In this document: positions 21,312 to 30,747 of the stretch, piece by piece
Layout: every line of letters starts with the position of its first letter
Position numbering within the stretch: the stretch's first letter is position 1
Assembly (NCBI GenBank): GCA_044350705.1
Contig: JBILHA010000001.1
Location: 177,809-241,808 of the forward strand
Length of the DNA: 64,000 nt
From: Candidatus Kapaibacterium sp.
Lineage (GTDB): Bacteria > Patescibacteriota > Patescibacteriia > UBA9934
Direction: 5' to 3'
Made by a program: the position numbers and the translations under genes
Notes under the pieces: generated by a model
What the model was told of the DNA's origin: nothing
What the model saw: the letters and a program-made list of their open reading frames with translations, nothing else
Database searches by the model: none

Positions 21312-23920
21312 GTATCCCGCTTTCTCCTCAAACTCCTGCACTGCGAGTTGGGCAGCAGATTTTTCATGCCGCTCTTGTTTTTGATGAGCAGATGATCATG
21401 GAACGTCGCGCTCATAAACGGGCGAGAGAGGTGCTTGCGAGCTTAGCGTGGGGGGTGGGTCTTTTTGGTCTCGTCGGAGCCGTGGCGACGTTTGTTCTTT
21501 CCGGTGCTCTTGAAGATGCGTTTACGGTTTCTTATTGGCTTGACGGAGGTCATCCTCCGGTAGCTCTTCTTGCGGCCAGTGGACTTTTGTTGTGTTACGC
21601 CTGGTATCGGCATGCGGCCAATGAGCGCAAGAATCTTTTTTTGTTTGGTGATGATCGTGCACTGGGCATGGTCGGAGAATCACGGGCAAAGCCTTTGTGG
21701 GATGCTGCAGAAGAGGACGCGCAGCGCGTGCTTGAAGATGCATATTTGCTTGCGCTTCGTATGAAGCATGCGGTAGTTACTCCAGTACATCTTTTTTCTA
21801 CATCATTTGCTACTTCTCGCGTACAGACGTTGTTTGCGCGTCTTGGCATTTCCTTTGAGGAGGTAAAAGACGCGCTTAGACGTAAATTGCAGGAAACTCC
21901 TCAAGGACAAGCGGTCTTTGAAAGAAACGCGCAGATTCTTTTTGCGCGTGCCGCTGCAGAAGCATTTGATCATAAGCGTCCTCAGATCACTGCACTCGAT
22001 ATTTGCGCCGCCTCATTTTCGGAAGAACCTTTTTTGCAAGATCTTCTTGCGGAAAAACATGTGGATGTTGATGCGTTTCGTCATGCCGTTGCCTGGCTCG
22101 CCATGCAGGATCAGCTTGTTACTCGCTATCGCGCGTTTCGTGAGGCGGCGGCTTTTAAACCGACCACAAACATGGATCGTGCAATGACCGCCCAAGCTTC
22201 TCCATTTTTAGATGCGGTATCGGAAGACTTTACGCGCAAAGCGGTTTTTGGAGGAATGGGGTTGACGGTTGCGCGTGATCAGGAGACCACGGCGATTTTT
22301 CGGGCGATTGAAGGAGGGGGGAAAAGCGTCGTGCTTGTGGGCGAGCCTGGCGTAGGAAAGATGGCGATTATTGAAGGTATCGCGAGTCTCATGGTTGAAG
22401 AAAAAGTTCCCCGCATCTTGCAAGATAAGCGTCTTTTACGTTTAGATCTTCCTCGCATTGTGAGTGCGCAAGGAGGTCAGGGAGCTGGTGAGCGTCTCTT
22501 ATATGCGCTTAATGAAGCGGCACATGCAGGAAATGTGGTTTTGGTGTTGGAAGATGTGCATCAGCTTGTGGGAGCGGGCGGACAGGGCATCGATCTTGCT
22601 TCCATTTTGGCGAGCGAACTTTCCAAGGGATATACCTTCGCGCTTTGTACTTCGACGCCAAGTGCATATGCGCAGCATCTTGAGCGTTCGGTTCTTGGTC
22701 CTCGATTAGAACGCGTCAGCGTTCAAGAGCCTGAGATTGATAAGGCGATGCGCATGGTTGAGGCGAATGTTGGTTTCATTGAGCATGAACGAGGCGTTGT
22801 TTTTACGTATAAAGCCCTTGATGCGGCAGTGCGGCTCTCTTCTAAATTTGTTGCAGATACTGCGCTCCCTGAAAAGGCGCTTACGCTTTTGCGGGAATCT
22901 GGTGCGCGTGCAAAAGGGAGGGGAGGAGTGCCTTGTTGGGCGACGCATGAAGATGTTGCCGCTATTGTTGAAGAGAAGACGCATGTGCCCGTTTCTGCAA
23001 TTGCGCAAGACGAGACTGCGAAGTTGTTGAATTTAGAAGAGAAAATTCGTGAACGGGTGGTTGGGCAGGAAGATGCGGTGAATGCGGTTTCATCTGCGAT
23101 TCGTCGTGCGCGAACGGCGATGCGTGCTCAAAATCGACCTATTGCGAATTTTCTGTTTCTTGGACCTACGGGTGTGGGAAAGACTGAGCTCGCAAAGGCC
23201 ACTGCTCAGGTATTTTTTGGCGATGAATCACGGATGATTCGTTTTGATATGTCTGAGTATCAGAATAAGGAATCGGTTGCGCGGTTGATTGGAGGAAATG
23301 GAGAGGCGGGCCTTTTGACCGAAGCGGTTCGTAAGGCGCCTTTCTCTTTGGTATTACTCGATGAGTTGGAGAAGGCGCATCCTGATCTTTTGAACGTTTT
23401 TTTGCAAGTCATGGATGATGGTCGTTTGACGGATGGTCTTGGCCGTACGGTTGATTTTACGAATGTTATTCTCATTGCAACGTCGAATGCGGGGACGCTG
23501 TATATTCAAGACGAAGTAGCAAAAGGAAGTTCTCTTGCGGTTATCAAAGAGGGTCTTATGGAAACCGAACTTCGTACGACGTATCGTCCAGAGTTTTTGA
23601 ACCGCTTTGATGACGTCATCGTGTTTCATCCACTTACGTCTGAAGATGTGGTTGCCATTGCCTACTTAATGTCTGCGAGTATTGCGAAGCGTCTTTCGGA
23701 AAAGGGTATTCTTTTGCAAGTTACCGATGCGGCAGTGCATGATCTTGCTGCAATGGGGTACGATCCAAAATTTGGCGCACGTCCTCTGCGTCGTGTGATG
23801 CAGGATAAGATAGAGAATGGTTTGGCTGATCTTCTTTTGCGCGGTGCGGTAGCGACGCGTGATACTGTTGTGGTTGATAAGGGTGTTGTTCTTCGCGTTG
23901 AAAAGGCAAAGGCGTTGTAG
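21308..23920 (+). CDS. Clp/Hsp100 AAA+ ATPase with N-terminal TM helices
   Basis: Clp_N-like region; D1 GEPGVGKM; D2 [41 protein letters not shown]. Confidence 0.9.
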   Translation: MSIPLSPQTPALRVGQQIFHAALVFDEQMIMERRAHKRAREVLASLAWGVGLFGLVGAVATFVLSGALEDAFTVSYWLDGGHPPVALLAASGLLLCYAWYRHAANERKNLFLFGDDRALGMVGESRAKPLWDAAEEDAQRVLEDAYLLALRMKHAVVTPVHLFSTSFATSRVQTLFARLGISFEEVKDALRRKLQETPQGQAVFERNAQILFARAAAEAFDHKRPQITALDICAASFSEEPFLQDLLAEKHVDVDAFRHAVAWLAMQDQLVTRYRAFREAAAFKPTTNMDRAMTAQASPFLDAVSEDFTRKAVFGGMGLTVARDQETTAIFRAIEGGGKSVVLVGEPGVGKMAIIEGIASLMVEEKVPRILQDKRLLRLDLPRIVSAQGGQGAGERLLYALNEAAHAGNVVLVLEDVHQLVGAGGQGIDLASILASELSKGYTFALCTSTPSAYAQHLERSVLGPRLERVSVQEPEIDKAMRMVEANVGFIEHERGVVFTYKALDAAVRLSSKFVADTALPEKALTLLRESGARAKGRGGVPCWATHEDVAAIVEEKTHVPVSAIAQDETAKLLNLEEKIRERVVGQEDAVNAVSSAIRRARTAMRAQNRPIANFLFLGPTGVGKTELAKATAQVFFGDESRMIRFDMSEYQNKESVARLIGGNGEAGLLTEAVRKAPFSLVLLDELEKAHPDLLNVFLQVMDDGRLTDGLGRTVDFTNVILIATSNAGTLYIQDEVAKGSSLAVIKEGLMETELRTTYRPEFLNRFDDVIVFHPLTSEDVVAIAYLMSASIAKRLSEKGILLQVTDAAVHDLAAMGYDPKFGARPLRRVMQDKIENGLADLLLRGAVATRDTVVVDKGVVLRVEKAKAL

Positions 23921-23924
23921 AAAG

Positions 23925-23978
23925 AGGGGAGTAATCCGGCGAGTAGCCGGACGGGAGGGAGTAGGGGGAGTGAGGGGA
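23925..23978 (+). repeat. G-rich 9-mer repeat (AGGGGAGTR) with an embedded palindrome TCCGGC-GAGTA-GCCGGA
   Basis: 36 bp (23927-23962) identical to 35716-35751. Confidence 0.85.
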
Positions 23979-23985
23979 TTGGATT

Positions 23986-24354
23986 TCATTCAGCACGAGA
24001 TTCCTCGTTTGAAGGTTCTTTGAGAACTACAAGATCTGCTTGAGGGAAAGAAAGGGAGCTGAGAGGGATGGTTTTTTCTCGGATTGCTCCGATCCAATAG
24101 GTTTTCCGTTCAATGAATCCAATTTCAAAATGTTCTTCAGAAAGGATGCATTCAAGGGTGAGGGCGTAGCTTTCATCTTCGGTGTAAAACCAAAAGCGGT
24201 CGTCATCTCCGGTTCGTTCAAGATCCATGCATTTTCCGAGGATATATTCATTTTCATTCGCCTCAAAGCGTGTTCCGGGAACACAGGCGGTCTTCAAACG
24301 CTGTGCAAGATCCTCTGAAATGAGGATGGTCCCATCAATATTGCGTGCCCACAT
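23986..24354 (-). CDS. Hypothetical protein
   Basis: 122-aa ORF filling the gap between clp and the MraY-like gene, with natural composition. Confidence 0.55.
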   Translation of the reverse strand: MWARNIDGTILISEDLAQRLKTACVPGTRFEANENEYILGKCMDLERTGDDDRFWFYTEDESYALTLECILSEEHFEIGFIERKTYWIGAIREKTIPLSSLSFPQADLVVLKEPSNEESRAE

Positions 24355-24403
24355 AGATAGTATTTAGTTTGACGTCTTCTCTTTAAAATGTCTACTCTGC
24401 TGT

Positions 24404-25435
24404 ATGCCTTTGTGGATTTATCCTGTTATTTTAGCAGCATTTGCCTGCTCTGCTGGAGGGGTTTTTTTCTGTATGAATCTTGCTCAACAGTGGAAGGTTT
24501 TGGATGTGCCGGCATTACCGAAGAAGGTCCATGATGTTCCTACCCCTTTATGGGGAGGTGTTGCTCCTTTTCTTCTCTTTATCCTTTTTGCAGGAGTGGT
24601 AGAGCTAACCACAGGATTTTTTACCTCTGGTTCACTTGCTTCTCAAACTCTGTGGGGATTTTTTGGTGCACTTCTCATTTTGGTTGGAGGGGGCATGTGG
24701 GATGATGTGAAGGCGCTTCCTCCGCGTGTTTCTTTTTTATTTCCTTTTCTTGCCGCTCTTCTTGCGGTTGCAGCGGGAATGGGAGTGAGCAAGGTTACCA
24801 ATCCTTTTGGAGGTGCTTTTGTGGTCGCGTCATCTCTTTCGGTGGTTATTACTTTTTTGTGGCTATTGGGCGTAACGTACACCACTAAGCTTTTAGATGG
24901 CGTAGACGGTCTTGCAACGGGCGTGGGGATGGTTGGTGCGGTGATGATTGCGGCGCTTACGTTAAGCGAACGTTGGTACCAGCCGGATATTGCCCTTCTC
25001 TCTCTTCTTTTTTTTGCGGTTCTTCTCGGGTTCTTTTTATGGAATAGCGCACCTGCGAAGATTTTTCTTGGCGAAGCCGGGAGTACCGCGATTGGGTTTA
25101 CTCTTGGCGCCCTCGCCGTGATGGGAGGAAGCAAATTTGCAACGCTTTTGCTTGTTGTTGGTCTTCCAGCGCTTGATGTGGCCTTTGTGATGGTGCGAAG
25201 AATTTTGGTGAGGAGATCGCCTTTTCAAGGAGGGGATGGGTTTCATTTTCATACGGTACTTCGGAAATGTGGATGGTCTGCACGCAAGATTGTTGCGCTC
25301 TACATGGCCACCGCTTTTATTTTTGGAGCAACTACACTTCTTTTTGTTTCTTGGCAGAAGCTGCTTGCGTTGGCAGTTTTGGGGGGTGGCGCTCTTGTTG
25401 CCATGATTGTTTTTGCAAGAAAGGCAGAGGGATAG
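24404..25435 (+). CDS. WecA/TagO-like undecaprenyl-phosphate GlcNAc-1-phosphate transferase (MraY family)
   Basis: KVH..PTP..GG, WDD, LLDGVDGLA, PAKIFLGEAG, H.H; multiple TM helices. Confidence 0.88.
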   Translation: MPLWIYPVILAAFACSAGGVFFCMNLAQQWKVLDVPALPKKVHDVPTPLWGGVAPFLLFILFAGVVELTTGFFTSGSLASQTLWGFFGALLILVGGGMWDDVKALPPRVSFLFPFLAALLAVAAGMGVSKVTNPFGGAFVVASSLSVVITFLWLLGVTYTTKLLDGVDGLATGVGMVGAVMIAALTLSERWYQPDIALLSLLFFAVLLGFFLWNSAPAKIFLGEAGSTAIGFTLGALAVMGGSKFATLLLVVGLPALDVAFVMVRRILVRRSPFQGGDGFHFHTVLRKCGWSARKIVALYMATAFIFGATTLLFVSWQKLLALAVLGGGALVAMIVFARKAEG

Positions 25436-25491
25436 CTTTTTTTGGGAGATTTGCTACCCTTGTGCTGCCCAATTTCAAGGAGGGCAGGATC

Positions 25492-26448
25492 ATGAGTCTG
25501 TATCAGCTTCGTACGGTTTCTCTGGACGATCTCCGTTCCATTGGTTCCGGCGTTCTCGTTCGGCAGATTCTCCGGGATGATTTCCTCCTGGTCGAGGGGG
25601 CTGCATCGGAGCAGCTCATGGACGACGCTGAGGGTCTCACTCAGCGTCTGTTCACCGAGTGGTCTCTCTGGGAGCTGGAGGAGCGGTACGGTCGTCCCAG
25701 TCTCCGTCGCCAGCGTGGTCTCACGGCCAAGCTGGGTGTGGAGCAGGCGGCTGCTCGCCCGGGTGAGAAGGAACGTCCTCCGGGGGACATGAAGGTCTTC
25801 GGCATGTTCCGGATGGAAGAATGGCCTGACAACATGGCCGTGGATGCGCCGTTCGGTCCCAACCTCTGGCCGGATGAGATCTTGCCGGAATTCAAGCCGG
25901 TCATGCTGCGGCACATGCAGGCGCAGATGGATGTCTACATGGCGGTGCTCGGTGCTCTGGAGGAGGCCTATGGCTTCTCGCAGGGTTTCCTGCAGCGCAT
26001 GGCACGTGGCGCTGAATCTGTCGCTCGCAACATCTTCTACCCGGGGTCTGATCTCCTTGCGCAGTGGGGGATCGAGGTTCCGGAAGGTGCACTGCAGTCT
26101 GCTCCGCACGAGGACATCAACGGCTGTACCGTGCTTCGGCTCAACAAGGGGTTGTATCTTCAGCGCCATGATGAATGGAAGCGGGTGGATACCTCGAACC
26201 GCAGGGCCTTTGGGGTCAATGTCGGTGAGATGATCTGCAAGGTGGCCGGGATCGATGATCTTGTCCCCACCACGCACTGCGTCGGTGCGCCTCCAGGTGT
26301 TTTCGACCCTGAAGCCGAGATGCTCCAGCGGATGCCGCGTGTGGCCATTCTGCTCTTCGGTCACTTCCTTCGTTCGACTGAGCTCAGGCCTGGTCTTCGA
26401 ACGGGGGACTGGTTCGACCAGCGTATTCAGGAGATCACCCAGGGTTGA
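25492..26448 (+). CDS. 2-oxoglutarate/Fe(II)-dependent dioxygenase (IPNS-like)
   Basis: NLWP...PEFK, HxD (PHEDIN), VNVGEM, distal His (TTHCV) and Arg; AAGGAGG Shine-Dalgarno site upstream of the ATG at 25492. Confidence 0.78.
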   Translation: MSLYQLRTVSLDDLRSIGSGVLVRQILRDDFLLVEGAASEQLMDDAEGLTQRLFTEWSLWELEERYGRPSLRRQRGLTAKLGVEQAAARPGEKERPPGDMKVFGMFRMEEWPDNMAVDAPFGPNLWPDEILPEFKPVMLRHMQAQMDVYMAVLGALEEAYGFSQGFLQRMARGAESVARNIFYPGSDLLAQWGIEVPEGALQSAPHEDINGCTVLRLNKGLYLQRHDEWKRVDTSNRRAFGVNVGEMICKVAGIDDLVPTTHCVGAPPGVFDPEAEMLQRMPRVAILLFGHFLRSTELRPGLRTGDWFDQRIQEITQG

Positions 26449-26555
26449 GGAGGGAGCCCGTGTTTCGTCGAGGGGAGTGTTTCTGGCCTGAAGAAGGCTG
26501 GGGACGCTCCCCGTTGAGTTTCTGGAGAAAATTTGGCATGCTTTTTATCGAAAAT

Positions 26556-27014
26556 ATGACGATGAAACAAAAAATTCTTGCAGGAAGCATGCTTCTCTTG
26601 GTGAGCGTTGCGGGTTTTATAGCTTGGTCGTTTCAGACGTCTGTCGAACGTATTTCTATTAATGGTACTGAGTTTACCGTGCGTGTTGCCGAGCGACCTT
26701 TTGCGCAAAAGAAGGGTTTATCGGGATATACTGAGGAGAGTTTGCAGGAAGAGGGGATGCTTTTCTTGTTTTCTGAAAGTAAAGTGCGAGAGTTTTGGAT
26801 GAGGGGCATGGAGTTTGATCTTGATATTTTATGGATTGCTGATGGAAAGATTGTGGCGATTGATCGAGATGTTGATGCGCCTTATTCGCGCAATGACGAG
26901 CCTGAGCGCGCTACGTCTAGTCCGTTAAAAGTGAATGCGGTTTTGGAGCTTCCTGCCGGAAAGGCCGATGAGTTGGGTCTTGTGGAAGGTATGACCATGG
27001 TGGTTCTCGAATAA
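26556..27014 (+). CDS. DUF192 domain protein
   Basis: KGLSG, GMLF.F, FWM.GM.FDLDILWI, VLELPAG. Confidence 0.88.
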   Translation: MTMKQKILAGSMLLLVSVAGFIAWSFQTSVERISINGTEFTVRVAERPFAQKKGLSGYTEESLQEEGMLFLFSESKVREFWMRGMEFDLDILWIADGKIVAIDRDVDAPYSRNDEPERATSSPLKVNAVLELPAGKADELGLVEGMTMVVLE

Positions 27015-27037
27015 AAAGGCAAATCACAGCCATTTTC

Positions 27038-27066
27038 TTGACGATTTGGGACGAGAATGCTATAGT
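27038..27066 (+). promoter_or_regulatory. Sigma70 promoter for rplU
   Basis: TTGACG-N17-TATAGT with an extended -10 TG. Confidence 0.7.
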
Positions 27067-27148
27067 CTTGCCGTCAATTCTTAGCGGTTTGTCCAGGGTA
27101 TGCAAGTCTTATAGACATCGTTTATAAGCACCCGCGCAACCAATTTCT

Positions 27149-27463
27149 ATGATGCACGCAGTTATTACCACCGGCGGCAAGCAATACCTCGTTGCTGAAG
27201 GTGAAACCATTCAGGTAGAAAAGCTTACGGCTGAAGCTGGTGAAAAGATCCAGTTTGATGCCATGCTTGTTACCAATACGGAAGGTACGGATGTACGCGT
27301 TGGAACTCCTCTTGTTTCTGGCGTAAAAGTAAGTGCCGTTGTTGCTGAGCATGGTCGCGGAGAGAAGATCTCTGTAATTAAGTACAAGCGCAAGGCTCGT
27401 TACCGCCGCAATGTTGGTCATCGTCAGCCATTTACGATGCTTACCATCGAAAAGATTGCATAA
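27149..27463 (+). CDS. rplU: 50S ribosomal protein L21
   Basis: AVITTGGKQYLV.EG...GHRQPFT. Confidence 0.96.
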   Translation: MMHAVITTGGKQYLVAEGETIQVEKLTAEAGEKIQFDAMLVTNTEGTDVRVGTPLVSGVKVSAVVAEHGRGEKISVIKYKRKARYRRNVGHRQPFTMLTIEKIA

Positions 27464-27498
27464 AAAATTCCCTTCGGATATATCCGAAGGGAATTTTT
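27463..27498. terminator. Perfect 36-bp palindrome, bidirectional terminator
   Basis: AAAAATTCCCTTCGGATA|TATCCGAAGGGAATTTTT between convergent genes. Confidence 0.8.
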
Positions 27499-28351
27499 AT
27501 TTTCGTAGTGAGGAAGAGATTTTCCAGTAGCCTGAAGGTAGATGAACTCGTGTAATGCCAAAATGTGTTTTGAAGTTGGAGAGGCCCCACCAGGGATCAA
27601 GGCGAGAGGTGTGAGGTCCGACCATGAGGCCAAAGTTTCCTGCGCGGTATCCGCGTTCTTGGAGGAGAGCGAGCCAAGTATGGACGAGCCCGGTCATGGG
27701 TTGAAGTTTTGCAGCTTCCGGGAGAAAATATCCCATGATGTACATACTTTCTTTACTCTCTTCGTCGTTTGCCGCAACAAAGCACGCGATGCGTTTCCCT
27801 TCCTTATTTTCGGCGACAAAGATATCGATATTTTCTGGATCAATGGTCAGACGATAGGCAACGATGCGTGCGAGGGCGAGACTCATGGTGCGCGGCACTT
27901 GCGAGCGGAGCATGTCTGTTTCGAGATCTTCATATGTTCCCAAACGTACGCTACATTCTGCTTTATAAAATGTTTTCAGGTGCCGTTTTGCATGTGTTGA
28001 CCATGTCGTGGTGACGTCGGTATTAGAAGTAATGTACGCAATTCCATGGTGTGAATGATTTCCAAGGGGAAGCCAAGAAGTCCGGTCTTTTTTGAGGGGC
28101 CAGATGCCTGGTGCCCATTCGTCGATGGTTATCCAAGATGGGGATGGGGGGTGGGGTGTAGGGGGTTTGCCATTTTTTGTATAGTGACGACGCCACGTGA
28201 ACAGGCGTGAGGAGAAAACGGTATCGGTGTAGCCATTTTTTAAGGTGGTCGTTGGAGGCATCCCTCTTCGGTGCCAGCTGGATGATCTCCAGGCGTGTTT
28301 ATCATTTGTAAGGATGTGGCACACATCATGAACAAAGGTGAGACGATCCAT
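27497..28351 (-). CDS. GNAT/FemABX-like protein
   Basis: WSTHAKRHLK and C-terminal GLSNFKTHFG resemble the FemAB/GNAT-like fold; overlaps the upstream methyltransferase gene. Confidence 0.55.
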   Translation of the reverse strand: MDRLTFVHDVCHILTNDKHAWRSSSWHRRGMPPTTTLKNGYTDTVFSSRLFTWRRHYTKNGKPPTPHPPSPSWITIDEWAPGIWPLKKDRTSWLPLGNHSHHGIAYITSNTDVTTTWSTHAKRHLKTFYKAECSVRLGTYEDLETDMLRSQVPRTMSLALARIVAYRLTIDPENIDIFVAENKEGKRIACFVAANDEESKESMYIMGYFLPEAAKLQPMTGLVHTWLALLQERGYRAGNFGLMVGPHTSRLDPWWGLSNFKTHFGITRVHLPSGYWKISSSLRK

Positions 28352-28925
28352 ACATGCCAATAGTTGATGCGTAGTACTGTATGCGTTTGCGTGGAAGATG
28401 GGCAATTGTATTATCCACTTCGCGGAGGATGTCTTGGTGCGTGTATACGTTGATAAAGGTAAAATCGGAATGCGCAATGACGTGCTGCAGAAAAGGGAGT
28501 TTTCTTACGCAAGGTGCTACATCTGCTCCGGTGAACAGATCAATGCAGGTTATGTTGGTGTGGGGCATCGTTTTTGTCCATATTTCCGCATCTGCTTCGA
28601 TGAGGGTCGTGTTATTTTCTGAGGTCAGGCTTTGTTCCGCGATGTTTTTGAGGGTGGAGTCCCATTCAATGCCGGTGATATTTGCGGAAGGAAATTTTTT
28701 GGCCGCAATACGGAGCGCCCCACCTGTTCCGACTCCCAGGAAAAGTATCGAAGAAGGGGAGAATTTTTTTGGAAGCGTGCGTAGGGCAGTTTTCCAGAGG
28801 CTATTCATGTACGATCCAGATTGCTCTGTTCCATCTTCTGCGAGGAGGCGTTGTGAATTAAAAAACTTCACGAGACGCATGCGCCCGTTGCGCGTGTCGA
28901 GTTCGTGAAGTTCTTTCCAGGCCAT
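28326..28925 (-). CDS. Class I SAM-dependent methyltransferase (spermidine-synthase-like)
   Basis: ILFLGVGTGG, GIEWD, ADA, IDLFTG. Confidence 0.75.
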   Translation of the reverse strand: MAWKELHELDTRNGRMRLVKFFNSQRLLAEDGTEQSGSYMNSLWKTALRTLPKKFSPSSILFLGVGTGGALRIAAKKFPSANITGIEWDSTLKNIAEQSLTSENNTTLIEADAEIWTKTMPHTNITCIDLFTGADVAPCVRKLPFLQHVIAHSDFTFINVYTHQDILREVDNTIAHLPRKRIQYYASTIGMYGSSHLCS

Positions 28926-28931
28926 GGTTAT

Positions 28932-29525
28932 TTATTCAATGTCTCCAAGCCATGTGCGCATGTCTTCGATTTCTGCAGATTGGGTTTCAATGATCTTTTC
29001 TGCAAGTGCTTTCATTTCCTCTCGTGTCGTTGTGTGGAGGAGCATTTGTGCCATCATGACTGCCATTTCATGGTGAGGAATCATTTGCTGTAAGAAAGTT
29101 TCGTCGATATTCTTCGCATTTGAAAGTGCGGCAAGATCTCCTGACATGGTTCCCATATGCATGGATCCCATGCCATGCATAGAGATGAGCGGGCTTTTTT
29201 CCGGGATATCTTTCCCGAACCATGTTTTGTACCATGCGCGCATCTGGGTAATTTCTTCTTCTTGTGCATCGATGATTGATTGTGCAAGGTTTCTGACTTC
29301 TTCGGTTTTTGCTTTCGCAAGTGCAATTTTCGCCATTTCGATTGCTCCTTCGTGATGAGGGATCATTTCTTCAATGAAGACCGCGTCAATGGAGCTGTCG
29401 GCGGAGCTTTCGGTCGTCGTTTTTCGGTACCAGAAGAAATCGTCGCGGGCAACAATAATGATGCCGCTGGTGATAACGCCGATGAGTATGCCGATGAGGA
29501 GAGGAGGGGCGAATGAGGGTTTCAT
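28932..29525 (-). CDS. DUF305 (CopM-like) metal-binding protein
   Basis: Two F...MIPHH..A..MA repeats with a Met/His-rich linker. Confidence 0.9.
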   Translation of the reverse strand: MKPSFAPPLLIGILIGVITSGIIIVARDDFFWYRKTTTESSADSSIDAVFIEEMIPHHEGAIEMAKIALAKAKTEEVRNLAQSIIDAQEEEITQMRAWYKTWFGKDIPEKSPLISMHGMGSMHMGTMSGDLAALSNAKNIDETFLQQMIPHHEMAVMMAQMLLHTTTREEMKALAEKIIETQSAEIEDMRTWLGDIE

Positions 29526-29534
29526 AAACTGGAG

Positions 29535-29580
29535 AGGGGAGTAAGGGGAGTAGGGGGAGTAAAGGGAGTGGGGGGGTTGG
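29535..29580 (+). repeat. Tandem 9-mer G-rich repeat, about four RRGGGAGTR units
   Basis: AGGGGAGTA AGGGGAGTA GGGGGAGTA AAGGGAGTG. Confidence 0.8.
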
Positions 29581-29615
29581 GTGTGGAGGAATTTGATTGA
29601 ACATGGTCAATATCT

Positions 29616-30215
29616 TCACGTTTCACTTCTGCCTTGCAGTGCGCTTAAGAGCGTTACTTCATCAGCATACTCAATATCTGCGCCCATGGGGAGGCCGCGA
29701 GCAAGACGAGTAACTTTTCTTTGGAACGGTTTTAGTATACGGGAAAGATACATGATTGTTGTTTCACCGTGCACATCGGGGGAGAAGGCGAGAATGATTT
29801 CTTTTATTTCTGAAGAAGACTCTATGCGTTTGAGGAGTTCCTTTATGTTCAATGTTTCCGGAGTTCTGCCATCAACAGGATTGAGCGTGCCTCCCAGAAC
29901 GAAATACTTTCCTGTGAATGCTGCAGTCGCTTCCATGGTTGCGACATCGCGAGACTCGGCGACAACACAAAGCTGGTGTTTGTTGCGTTGGGTATTTCGG
30001 CAGATTTCACAGACAGCTCCTTCGCTAAATGCAAAACACGACTCACATGTTTGCACGTTCGCTAATTCAGCAAGCGCTTTTGCAAATGACGCGATGTCGT
30101 GTTTTGTGAAATGGAGAACCGCAAATGCGTACCGCAGGGCGGTCTTTGGGCCAACGCCCGGCAATTTCCCTAGTGCGCTAGCAGCGTTACGAATGGGCGC
30201 GGGGAAGTTTCTCAC
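29616..30215 (-). CDS. recR: Recombination protein RecR
   Basis: LPGVGPKTA.R, CxxC...CxxC, Toprim domain and LARGLPMG..IEYADEVTL. Confidence 0.96.
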   Translation of the reverse strand: MRNFPAPIRNAASALGKLPGVGPKTALRYAFAVLHFTKHDIASFAKALAELANVQTCESCFAFSEGAVCEICRNTQRNKHQLCVVAESRDVATMEATAAFTGKYFVLGGTLNPVDGRTPETLNIKELLKRIESSSEIKEIILAFSPDVHGETTIMYLSRILKPFQRKVTRLARGLPMGADIEYADEVTLLSALQGRSET

Positions 30216-30218
30216 ATC

Positions 30219-30518
30219 CTACTGACCCATCATGTTTTTGATGGCTTCGAGACCGCCTCCCATCTCTTGCATCTTTTTCATGAGTTCGCTTTGGAGTTTT
30301 TTATTTGCATCGGTGATGGCATCTTTCACGCCTTCCTCGATCTTTGTTTTTTCCATGCCTTCTTCAATTTGTACGCCGAGTACCTCGTGGCTTCCGTTAA
30401 AGGTGATGAGTACTTTTCCGCTTGCGCCAGAACCGACGACAATGACCTCATCAAGCATTTCTTTCATCTGCTTGGCCTGATCGCGCATGTCTTTGAATTG
30501 TTTGAGTTTATTAAACAT
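30219..30518 (-). CDS. ybaB: YbaB/EbfC nucleoid-associated protein
   Basis: Typical sequence and position immediately upstream of recR. Confidence 0.88.
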   Translation of the reverse strand: MFNKLKQFKDMRDQAKQMKEMLDEVIVVGSGASGKVLITFNGSHEVLGVQIEEGMEKTKIEEGVKDAITDANKKLQSELMKKMQEMGGGLEAIKNMMGQ

Positions 30519-30747
30519 AGAAGAACGATTTATTTTGCCTCTTTTGGCCCCTATTTATTATTACTTGAACAAAGGTAGTTTAAAGGAAAGCCTGTTTTTC
30601 GGAAACCCTTCTTGTGCACGGTTTTTTGGGATTTTATTTATATAAATCCCAGAAAATGCTCTTTTTTCGAGCGGCCTGACGTCTCAAAGAAATGATTTTA
30701 TACAAGCAAATTTGACGATTCGGTTTCTCATGACGAACGCTTGGCTT

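Noticed and set aside
25300-26364. 354-aa minus-strand ORF opposite the dioxygenase
   Set aside because: Antisense shadow of a GC-rich gene; the + strand has the SD site and catalytic motifs.
28138-28168. G-run cluster resembling the G-rich repeat
   Set aside because: It simply encodes the Pro-rich peptide PPTPHPPSP on the minus strand and lacks the GGGAGT unit.
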